Part shown: positions 1 to 8,516 of the stretch, in pieces
Layout: each line of letters starts with the position of its first letter
How positions within the stretch are numbered: position 1 is the first letter of the stretch
Assembly (NCBI GenBank): GCA_963836235.1
Contig: CAWIIP010000004.1
Coordinates: 160,001-224,000 of the forward strand
DNA from: an uncultured Pseudomonadota bacterium
GTDB lineage: Bacteria; Oederibacteriota; Muellerivitia; Muellerivitales; Muellerivitaceae
Direction of reading: 5' to 3'
DNA length: 64,000 nt
Notes under the pieces: generated by a model
What the model was told of the DNA's origin: nothing
The model's input: the letters and a program-made list of their open reading frames with translations, nothing else
The model's database searches: none
Program-made: the position numbers and the translations under genes

Positions 1-3000
1 GTGAAAAAAAACCCTCCTGGGATCATCTACTCTGCGACTGATTTGTCCAATTTTCTTGAATGCGAACACTTGACCGCAATGGATCGGATCAATCTAGACC
101 ATCCCATGAAAAAATCAGTGGTGGATGAGATGGGTTCCCTAATGCAAGAAAAAGGTATCGCTCACGAAAAAAACTACGTTGACCGATTGAAAAAGAAACA
201 CAAGTCTTTCGTTGATATCAATGAAATTGCCAAGAACAACGAAAGTAAAGCACCTGCCACCTTGGAAGCGATGAAAGATGGTGTAGAAATCATCTATCAA
301 GCTGCCCTCAATGAAGGTAATTTGGGAGGGTTTTCCGACTTTCTTCGCCGCGTGGATAGGCCCTCTGGTCTCGGTAAATTCTCTTATGAAGTCGTAGACG
401 CTAAGCTAGCCTACAGCGGTAAAAGCAAATTCTTGATCCAGTTGGCTTTTTACTCTGACTTGGTCACCGGTATTCAAAAACTTCAACCTCATAAGATGCA
501 TCTGGTTTTAGGCAATGGCACTGAACAGAGCTACCGCGTTTCGGATTACTTCCATTACTACCAAAAGCTCAAGGCTAGATTTTTCGATAGCGTTAGTAAT
601 CCTACCGCAAATGAAACTTATCCCAACCCCTGTGGGCATTGTGATTATTGCCAATGGAACGATCTTTGTAAGGAACGTAGGATTAAGGATGACCATTTAA
701 GTCTGGTGGCCAATATTTCCCGTCTTCAAATCAAGCGTCTCAACGGGGTTGGTATCCAAACCCTAGAACAATTGGCCAATAGTAAGGATAAACCAACCAA
801 ACTTAAGCTGAAAATCCAAGATTCCAGCTTCAAAAGGCTCAATCATCAGGCTTCCTTGCAATTTCGGGCAAGGGAAAGCGGTAAGAGAATATTCGAACTA
901 CTGGATGAGCAAGAGGATCGCGAAGAAGGTCTTCGGGGTTTTACTCGTCTACCCAAACCCCATTCGGGCGATTTGTTTTTTGATATGGAAGGCAACCCTC
1001 TGGAATTGGGCGGACTGGAATATCTTTTTGGCCTACTTTATTTAAAGGATAAAAAACCTGTTTATAAACACTTTTGGGCGCATAGCAGGGAAGAAGAAAA
1101 AGGTTCTTTTGAGGGGTTCATGGATTTTGTGACTGACCACTTGCAAAAGAATCCAGGTGCCCACATCTACCATTATGCCGGTTATGAAAAAACCGCCTTG
1201 AAGAAGTTGATGTCCCTCCACGCAACCCGCGAATCCCAGGTGGATGATCTATTAAGGCAAGGGAAATTAATCGATCTTTTCCAAGTGGTTAGAGAAGCGG
1301 TAAGGGTTTCCGAACCCCGGTATTCCATTAAAAATATTGAGCATTTCTACATGAAAGACCGCGAAGGGGATGTAACGGATGCCGGGGCCAGTATTGTTTA
1401 TTACGAAAAGTGGAAAATGTTAAAGACCCCCAAATTACTTTCCGATATCAAGGACTATAACAAGGTGGATTTGGACTCAACCCAAAAACTCAGGGATTGG
1501 CTTCTGGAAATCGGTTCGAAGTTTGTGGGGGGGGAAAATGTTACCGATGCGGAACCGGTGGATGCAAAAGAAAGGGTGAAATCCCTAAAAATCATTGAAA
1601 GAGAGGAGAAGATCGAAGGTTATCGAAAGAAACTAATGAGCGGCCTTCCGGCAAATCTTATTGATTGGAATGACGAGGACAGACTGAAAGAATTGACTTT
1701 TCACCTGATGGATTTTCACCGCCGGGAAGCCAAACCCCAATATTGGGCCATCTATGACCGTCAACAGATGACCTATGAAGAGCGATTGGACGATGATCTT
1801 TGCATTGCCGGTTGTGAAATGATCAGCCAAGACCCAGATCCCAATAGCCCTTCTTCTATTCGATATACCTTTCGTTATCCCGAACAGGAGACAAAACTTA
1901 AGGATGGTTCAAAATGTCTAAACATTAATACCTTGGAAAACTTGGGCGAGATTGAGGTGGATTACGACAAAAAAGAAGTTAGCTTTCATCTGAGTAAAAA
2001 CAGGCAAAAACCCGAAAAGGTAATTGATATTGGCCAAGGATGGCCCGTGGATACGAGTAGGCTTGAAGGCACAGTTGAACGGTATGTGGATGATTATCTT
2101 CAATCGTTAGGAGGTGGCGAGAGACGTTATAAGGCGGTTTCCTCGTTTTTAAAAAGGGAAATTCCAAAGATCAAAAGCAGCGCCCATGGCAAGCCGCTTG
2201 TGGATGAAGAACTGGATTCTAAAGCAAGACTCTCCAAGATCGTTGAAGCGGTCCTCAATATGGAAAAGAGTTGCTTGTTTATCCAGGGCCCTCCGGGTGC
2301 AGGAAAAACCTTTACTGGTTCTCGAATTATTGTTGAGCTCATTGCCCAGGGTAAAAAGGTCGGCATTACATCGAATAGCCATAAAGCTATCATTAATTTA
2401 TTAAAAGCCATTGAGGGAGCGGCGAAGGAAAGTGGGCTTAAATTTCGTGGCGTTAAAAAATCCTCTGACGACGAGGATACCCTTCATCTTGGTGAACAGA
2501 TCGAAAATGTTACCGATAACAAAAAGGCCATTGGGAAAATCACAAGTGGATATTGCTCCCTGATTGCAGGAACGGCTTGGTTATTCGCGGACGCTAATAT
2601 TGATCAACAATTGGATTATCTTTTTATTGATGAAGCGGGACAGGTGTCCCTGGCCAATTTGTTGGCCGTGGGTACCAGCGCTAGTAATATCGTGCTTTTA
2701 GGCGATCAAATGCAGTTGGCCCAACCCATTCAAGGAGTTCACCCAGGCCAATCGGGCTTGTCCGCGTTAGATTATCTTTTAGAGGGTAATGCAACAGTGG
2801 CGCCTGAAAAGGGCATTTTCTTGGCAACAACCTTTCGCCTCCATCCGGATATTTGCGAGTTTATCTCAGAAGCGGTTTATGAGGGCCGACTTAAACCTGA
2901 AAAACGGACAACAAAACGAGTGATTGTGCTTGATGGTAAAACCGATCCAGCCCTTGCCCCTTCCGGCATAAGATATGTTCCTGTTGACCACGATGGTTGT

Positions 3001-3426
3001 TCGCAATTCAGCGATGAAGAAATTAAGCGTGTTTCCGAAATATTTAACAGCTTAATGAAGGTGTCTTATATCGACGAAAAAGGCGAAAAAAAGCCAATGG
3101 GCTATGAAAACATTCTGATCGTCTCACCCTATAACATGCAGGTGAACAAATTAACCGATGCTTTGCCAAAAAGCGCCAGGGTTGGAACGGTGGATAAATT
3201 TCAGGGGCAGGAAGCAGAGGCGGTGATCATTTCAATGGCCACCTCCAGCGCGGACTTTCTCCCGAGAAACATTGAGTTTTTATTCAGTAAAAACCGTCTC
3301 AATGTGGCCGTTTCGCGGGCAAAGTGTTTGGCTATATTGGTGGCCAATCCTGCTTTATTAACCATTCCCTGCAAAACTCCTGAGCAAATGGCCTTGGTGA
3401 ATACCCTTTGTTGGGTGGCCCAATAA
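1..3426 (+). CDS. TM0106-family RecB-like nuclease fused to RNase H-like domain and SF1 (DNA2/NAM7-type) helicase
   Basis: N-terminal SATDLSNFLEC and D-x-K nuclease region (SDFL..VVDAKLA), CxxCxWxxxC cluster, FFDMEG, Walker A QGPPGAGKT, FIDEAGQ, GDQMQL, TVDKFQGQE, NRLNVAVSRA. Starts with GTG at the window edge, so the true start is not certain. Confidence 0.85.
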   Translation: MKKNPPGIIYSATDLSNFLECEHLTAMDRINLDHPMKKSVVDEMGSLMQEKGIAHEKNYVDRLKKKHKSFVDINEIAKNNESKAPATLEAMKDGVEIIYQAALNEGNLGGFSDFLRRVDRPSGLGKFSYEVVDAKLAYSGKSKFLIQLAFYSDLVTGIQKLQPHKMHLVLGNGTEQSYRVSDYFHYYQKLKARFFDSVSNPTANETYPNPCGHCDYCQWNDLCKERRIKDDHLSLVANISRLQIKRLNGVGIQTLEQLANSKDKPTKLKLKIQDSSFKRLNHQASLQFRARESGKRIFELLDEQEDREEGLRGFTRLPKPHSGDLFFDMEGNPLELGGLEYLFGLLYLKDKKPVYKHFWAHSREEEKGSFEGFMDFVTDHLQKNPGAHIYHYAGYEKTALKKLMSLHATRESQVDDLLRQGKLIDLFQVVREAVRVSEPRYSIKNIEHFYMKDREGDVTDAGASIVYYEKWKMLKTPKLLSDIKDYNKVDLDSTQKLRDWLLEIGSKFVGGENVTDAEPVDAKERVKSLKIIEREEKIEGYRKKLMSGLPANLIDWNDEDRLKELTFHLMDFHRREAKPQYWAIYDRQQMTYEERLDDDLCIAGCEMISQDPDPNSPSSIRYTFRYPEQETKLKDGSKCLNINTLENLGEIEVDYDKKEVSFHLSKNRQKPEKVIDIGQGWPVDTSRLEGTVERYVDDYLQSLGGGERRYKAVSSFLKREIPKIKSSAHGKPLVDEELDSKARLSKIVEAVLNMEKSCLFIQGPPGAGKTFTGSRIIVELIAQGKKVGITSNSHKAIINLLKAIEGAAKESGLKFRGVKKSSDDEDTLHLGEQIENVTDNKKAIGKITSGYCSLIAGTAWLFADANIDQQLDYLFIDEAGQVSLANLLAVGTSASNIVLLGDQMQLAQPIQGVHPGQSGLSALDYLLEGNATVAPEKGIFLATTFRLHPDICEFISEAVYEGRLKPEKRTTKRVIVLDGKTDPALAPSGIRYVPVDHDGCSQFSDEEIKRVSEIFNSLMKVSYIDEKGEKKPMGYENILIVSPYNMQVNKLTDALPKSARVGTVDKFQGQEAEAVIISMATSSADFLPRNIEFLFSKNRLNVAVSRAKCLAILVANPALLTIPCKTPEQMALVNTLCWVAQ

Positions 3427-3676
3427 GTAACTCTGAAGCATCCCCGCCGAAACCTATTCCCTCAATTCGTTAAAAATTCATTTAAAGAAGCCCTTTTCTG
3501 CCATGTCCGTGCCGGAGTTTAAGGTATGGATGTTGAAAGACATTGGAATTGGGTGTGGAAAAATGAGTTCTCAAATTGACGAGAAAAATATCCCGAGTAA
3601 GGACCGAAAGTTTCAACTTCGAAATGATTGGTCCGATTGTTTGCGGGTTCCTTTTGCAATTTCTTAAGAGGCTAAA

Positions 3677-4804
3677 ATGATCGACCATGTTGAGGAATAT
3701 TCAGTTGATTTGAACCAGAAACCATTTCGGGTTCTATGTATTGACGGTGGTGGTATGCGTGGTTTGTATTCTCTTTGCGTGCTGGAAGGGTTGGCGAAGC
3801 GGCTAACTCAACCTTTAAATGGCGATGAACTTGACCTGGGTAAGGCGTTTGATTTGGTTGTGGGTACGAGTACCGGAGCTATACAAGCTTGTGGTTTAGC
3901 CGCTGGAATTTCCACTACGAAGATGCAAGAACTTTATGTCAAACATGGACGCTCAATTTTCCCTGACCCCATGCCATCCAAAAAAGGCGGAATATGGTTT
4001 TGGCTTTGGGTTATTAGGCATATTTCAAAACCTTCTGCAAACGCCTCAAGACTTCGAGATGCTCTTTTTGAGGCATTTGGTAAGGAAACATTGGAACAGG
4101 TCTACGGTCGTCGAAAAATAGCTCTTTGCGTTCCAGCTATTCGTGGTTCCAACTTTAAATCACTCGTATTTAAAACACCCCACGGTAATTTTTTCCGAGA
4201 TAAAGAACATAGTTTGGTAAATGTTTGTTTGGCAAGTTCGGCAGCACCTTCTTTTTTCCCACTTCATAAAATTATGGAAAGTCCAAAAGGTGACAAAGAT
4301 GATGTTTTCATTGATGGGGGCCTATGGGCCAATACGCCAGTTTTGGTGGGTTTGGCAGAGGCGGTTCAATTGTCAGGAAATGGTCAAGCCATTGAAATTC
4401 TAAGCATAGGAAATTGCGCTCAACCTTCCGGTGATCCATCTGCCCTTGATGATTGTAATTGGGGTCTTAAAAAGTGGCGGGTGGGAATCGAAATGCTAAA
4501 TGCTTCAATATCAGCCCAAGCAATGGGCCATAAATATATTGCCGAAGTGATTTCAAACGCTTTTTGCAACCTTGGAAAGCGAGTTATGGTTTATCGACTT
4601 CCAGAGACAGCAAAGTCTCCTGATCAGTTCAGCGCTATCGGTCTTGATAAGGCCGATGAAAGAGCAATTCGAACTCTCCGGGCTATGGCTGAATCTGATG
4701 TTGATGAAGCAAATAGTAAGATGGTTCGGTCGCAAGACCCCTTTGTGATTCCATTTAGGGAAATTCTTTCAACGGTTCCTCTAAAAAATGTTAAGGAGGC
4801 TTAA
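3677..4804 (+). CDS. capV: Patatin-like phospholipase, CBASS CapV-type effector
   Basis: DGGGMRG oxyanion loop, GTSTG nucleophile motif, DGGLWAN catalytic Asp; directly upstream of a CD-NTase. Confidence 0.88.
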   Translation: MIDHVEEYSVDLNQKPFRVLCIDGGGMRGLYSLCVLEGLAKRLTQPLNGDELDLGKAFDLVVGTSTGAIQACGLAAGISTTKMQELYVKHGRSIFPDPMPSKKGGIWFWLWVIRHISKPSANASRLRDALFEAFGKETLEQVYGRRKIALCVPAIRGSNFKSLVFKTPHGNFFRDKEHSLVNVCLASSAAPSFFPLHKIMESPKGDKDDVFIDGGLWANTPVLVGLAEAVQLSGNGQAIEILSIGNCAQPSGDPSALDDCNWGLKKWRVGIEMLNASISAQAMGHKYIAEVISNAFCNLGKRVMVYRLPETAKSPDQFSAIGLDKADERAIRTLRAMAESDVDEANSKMVRSQDPFVIPFREILSTVPLKNVKEA

Positions 4805-5944
4805 ATGCCTAATTTATCGAACGGGTTTGAAGCATTTTTAAATAAATTGGAACTTCCCCTTGCGGTCGTTCAAAAAATTGAACAGGCCCAAGCAATCATA
4901 GAGGCGGAGTTAAAAAGCGGATTGGAATTATTCTCCGCCAGCAAGCAAGGGGGCGGGGTAAAGATCACCCCGAAATTTATTCCCCAGGGTTCCAAAGTAT
5001 ACCGAACCTTAAATTATCCCTGTCACACTCCACCTCAGCAGGTAGATTTTGATTATGGTGTCTATTTGCCGGTATCGTACCATGCGAATAATGGAGAACC
5101 CTCCATCGCAGCCCTGGAATATTTTGCTCAGGTAGACACGATTTTGGATCGTGTAGCTCGTTCTAGGGGGTGGGTGATTGATCGGTCCAAGAAAACCTGC
5201 ACTCGTCTTATTATTGACAACTTGATTCATATTGATATCCCCCTTTATTCGATACCTGATGTGGAATTTCAACGAATCACAAAGGCAATGGAAAGCGAAA
5301 GGTTAGTGAAGAATTCTCGCGGGGAAACCTTTCAATTTGATAACGAAATTGAATTTTGGGATAACTTCGCTATTGATAAGGTCCTTTTGTGCAGGCGAGA
5401 GGGACGTTGGATTCCGTCCGATCCAAGAAAAATTGCAAAAGCCTTTAGGGAAGCCATTTCAAAACATGGGGAACAACTCCGGAGGGTTTGGCGTTATCTC
5501 AAAGCTTGGCGGGATAATCTATGGCCCAATGGGAATGGGCCATCGTCTATTTACTTGATGTTTGGTGCCCTTAAAACCTACAAAGCCGCAATGTGGCGTG
5601 ATGACATCGGGCTACATTCTGCCCTTCAAGCCTTTTTAACAGCATCCAGTACTAAAGTATTGACCAATGAGGGAGAAGATCTTGCGAAGAACCAAAAACC
5701 GGAAGAACTAGTTGCTCTTGAACGGGCGGCCAACAGTTTTTCTTCCGAATTGGCTCAGGCAATTAATTTGTCCGAAGAAGATGGACGGGCGGAAAGGATT
5801 GTTGTTCAACACCTCGGGAACCGATTTCCGATTCCTGATAAACCAAAAAATCCTGGGAATATGCCTGAACAGGAAAAGATAGACCTTATTCAACGACACC
5901 ATGCCCAGCAACCGGTGGGACGGCCCCATTTCAAGAATGCCTAA
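4805..5944 (+). CDS. cGAS/DncV-like nucleotidyltransferase (CD-NTase)
   Basis: PQGSxxYRTLN motif, D-x-D (QVDFDYGVY), third Asp in HIDIPLY, SDP and RYLKAWRD motifs; abuts the patatin stop codon (TAAATG). Confidence 0.9.
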   Translation: MPNLSNGFEAFLNKLELPLAVVQKIEQAQAIIEAELKSGLELFSASKQGGGVKITPKFIPQGSKVYRTLNYPCHTPPQQVDFDYGVYLPVSYHANNGEPSIAALEYFAQVDTILDRVARSRGWVIDRSKKTCTRLIIDNLIHIDIPLYSIPDVEFQRITKAMESERLVKNSRGETFQFDNEIEFWDNFAIDKVLLCRREGRWIPSDPRKIAKAFREAISKHGEQLRRVWRYLKAWRDNLWPNGNGPSSIYLMFGALKTYKAAMWRDDIGLHSALQAFLTASSTKVLTNEGEDLAKNQKPEELVALERAANSFSSELAQAINLSEEDGRAERIVVQHLGNRFPIPDKPKNPGNMPEQEKIDLIQRHHAQQPVGRPHFKNA

Positions 5945-6677
5945 GGGGATTCTGTGGTATGAAAAACATTCGGCTCTTTTGCGAACGGTGGAAAAGGCCC
6001 TAGCCCTAAGAGCTCCAGGAATTAAATTGGAGGCCCTTAATGGAAGCGTGGCCGGGAAGGGACCTTTTCCGGTCGTTTGCCTTGAAGAAGAAGTGGGAGA
6101 ACCTTTTCAAATAGGGATTATTTTTCCCGTAGATTATCCGAATAATTTTCCAAAGATCATAAATCTTGATTCGAGGATACCACTTGGGCCAAATGCTGAA
6201 TGGCATATCGAGTCAGAAAATGTTGCTTGCCTAGGTTTGGTCGAACAAATTTGGCTTGATGTTGGTGACCCAAGAAATATTGAATTATTTCTTTCCAAAA
6301 CGGTTAACGATTACTTTATTCAGCAATCTTATAAGATTATCAAGAAAGTTTACCTTAGCGAGTGGAAGCATGAAACCCCGGGAAGACTAGATTTTTATTA
6401 CGAAACGTTTCCGCAGGCAGGTAATGACCCATTTAAAATCTATGCTGTTCTTGGAATTGTAACAGCCAAAGAAATCAAGGGTCACCATTCTTGTCCATTT
6501 TGTTATGGTAAGAAAATCCGAGATTGCCACATTGACATGCTTAAAATTTTTAAAAGTAAAATCCGAAATGATTATTTACTCGCCGCTTATGCTGAAATTG
6601 GAAAACATCTTAAAAATAAAACGAAGGTTCAACAGATTCCATTAGTAACCAAAAATTTGGGTGGTGTCTCAGTTTGA
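5937..6677 (+). CDS. Stand-alone E2 (ubiquitin-conjugating fold) protein with C-terminal SEC-C-like metal-binding motif; CBASS ancillary
   Basis: IIFPVDYPNNFPKI...WHIESENVACLG (E2-type H..C), GHHSCPFCYGKKIRDCH; ATG 5937 overlaps the CD-NTase stop (ATGCCTAA). Confidence 0.8.
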   Translation: MPKGILWYEKHSALLRTVEKALALRAPGIKLEALNGSVAGKGPFPVVCLEEEVGEPFQIGIIFPVDYPNNFPKIINLDSRIPLGPNAEWHIESENVACLGLVEQIWLDVGDPRNIELFLSKTVNDYFIQQSYKIIKKVYLSEWKHETPGRLDFYYETFPQAGNDPFKIYAVLGIVTAKEIKGHHSCPFCYGKKIRDCHIDMLKIFKSKIRNDYLLAAYAEIGKHLKNKTKVQQIPLVTKNLGGVSV

Positions 6678-6722
6678 AATCCACCCCTGCCTTTCGAATC
6701 GGCTTTTAACTGGAGTTTGGAT

Positions 6723-7514
6723 ATGAAATATGCGTTAGTTAATGGAGAACGCCGTGAGGCCGCGTCTGCTCTTTCAGGGAAGTGCCCGGACTGCGATGGT
6801 CTGATGGTGTCGAAGTGCGGAGAAGTCAAGATTCGGCACTGGGCTCACCATGGAAAGCGCAACTGTGACCTCTGGTGGGAGAACGAAACCGAGTGGCACC
6901 GCGCGTGGAAGGACAAATTCCCTAGTGATTGGCAGGAGGTTGTCCACCGAGCAGAAAACGGAGAGAAGCACATTGCCGATGTGAAAACGGACCAAGGTTG
7001 GGTACTCGAGTTCCAACATTCCTTTCTCAAACCAGGAGAACGGCGGGCTCGTGATAACTTTTATCCAAAGTTGGTTTGGATCGTCGATGGAACAAGGCGT
7101 AAAAGAGACATACCGCAATTCAACAATGCCTTGAAAGAAGCCGTACAGCTTAAAGAAAATATACCCGTATGGAGGTTGCGAGGTTTCTTAGACGAGTGTG
7201 CCCTGTTCCGAGAATGGTCCAGCACCCCCATACCTATCTTCTTTGATTTCCACGAACCGCAAATCCTTTGGTATCTGTTTCCCAAGACTCCCGATGGAAA
7301 TTTGTATGTCTCCAGGTTCAACCGCAGTTATTTCCTTGAGCTCTTTCTGGGCGGAGCCCAGAAGGCTCCCGAGATAGAGTCTTGGTTTAAAGAAATCGTC
7401 AAAATTGCTTCGGATTTCTCCCAACTTCAAACCCGGTCGCAAAGACAGCCCTCCCCACTCCCAAGCTTCCAGAGATATTTATTCCGTAACAATAGCTCCC
7501 GGAGACGTTTTTAG
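6723..7514 (+). CDS. CoiA-like PD-(D/E)xK nuclease with N-terminal Zn finger (copy 1)
   Basis: CPDC..KCG..HWAH..C, ETEWHRAWK, HIADV...LEFQHS. Confidence 0.8.
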   Translation: MKYALVNGERREAASALSGKCPDCDGLMVSKCGEVKIRHWAHHGKRNCDLWWENETEWHRAWKDKFPSDWQEVVHRAENGEKHIADVKTDQGWVLEFQHSFLKPGERRARDNFYPKLVWIVDGTRRKRDIPQFNNALKEAVQLKENIPVWRLRGFLDECALFREWSSTPIPIFFDFHEPQILWYLFPKTPDGNLYVSRFNRSYFLELFLGGAQKAPEIESWFKEIVKIASDFSQLQTRSQRQPSPLPSFQRYLFRNNSSRRRF

Positions 7515-7808
7515 AGGGGATGCCAAATTAACCTATGGACGTGAGACCCGACTATTTCATGAAGAAAAATACGGTGCCAACTAGACTTAAAGGCAAGGAA
7601 CGGCTTCTTGATCCAAAAGCGCGGCCTTGATATGAAAAAACGTATTGTGCCATTTATTTTACTATCCTAACCAAAATCCATAAATTTCCATACGGGCCTG
7701 TCAAGAAGATGGCGAGGAAAAGAAATTCGATGTTTTATTTTTTACTTCTTGAACTCAACCCTTTTTGAGGCCTATGATTTTCATATAGGGTCAGAAAGCT
7801 AGGGGGGA

Positions 7809-8288
7809 GTGAAACCTATGAAACTTTTAACCGAAATCTTTTCTCACCTGTTTATCTACGGCCTAATTACCACCGCAGGAATCTTTGTCCTTTTCATGAT
7901 TATGGGTGCCTTTGGATATGTCGGCCAAATCCTTTCCGCAATTTTCTATCCCCTTTACGCCATCACTTTGAAACCGATTATTTGGGGGACTAAAACCCTC
8001 TTCCGAACCCGTTGCCCCGAGTGCAAGGGGTTCTTCAATAAGAAAAACGTGAATTATGAAATCACCGACGAGCATGAAGTCCACAGAACTTTAAACCGGG
8101 TAGATCAAGGCATCCTCTATTCAAACAATCTATTCGCTCTTAACCAAGGTTTTGAAATAATCCGCCAAGAGCAAACGACCTTTGTGGAACGGACTATTAC
8201 GAAAACTTGGGGGTGCAAAGACCCGACTTGCGGCCATCAGTGGCAAACAGAGGAATTCCAAGAATACGAAGGGGTATTGGAAAAGTGA
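7809..8288 (+). CDS. Hypothetical membrane protein with Zn-ribbon-like C-terminal domain
   Basis: Hydrophobic N-terminus, CPEC ... CKDPTC; GGGGAG RBS-like sequence upstream. Confidence 0.6.
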   Translation: MKPMKLLTEIFSHLFIYGLITTAGIFVLFMIMGAFGYVGQILSAIFYPLYAITLKPIIWGTKTLFRTRCPECKGFFNKKNVNYEITDEHEVHRTLNRVDQGILYSNNLFALNQGFEIIRQEQTTFVERTITKTWGCKDPTCGHQWQTEEFQEYEGVLEK

Positions 8289-8516
8289 CTTGTTTGGCCT
8301 TTTGGAACCTGATTTATTCCTTGGATTTACCTTATTTTTCCTTCCTAAAACTTAGCAAATTAGCGTTATTCGTTGTTGAAAACCCTTCAAAACCTCAATC
8401 TAGGCTTTGAAATCAAAGAATATTAACAATAAATCTTATTAAAATAAAGAAATCTTGAAACCGTCAAGAAAAAATAAAAAAATTGTGGTAAACTTCTTTC
8501 ATCAAGGAGGTTTGCC

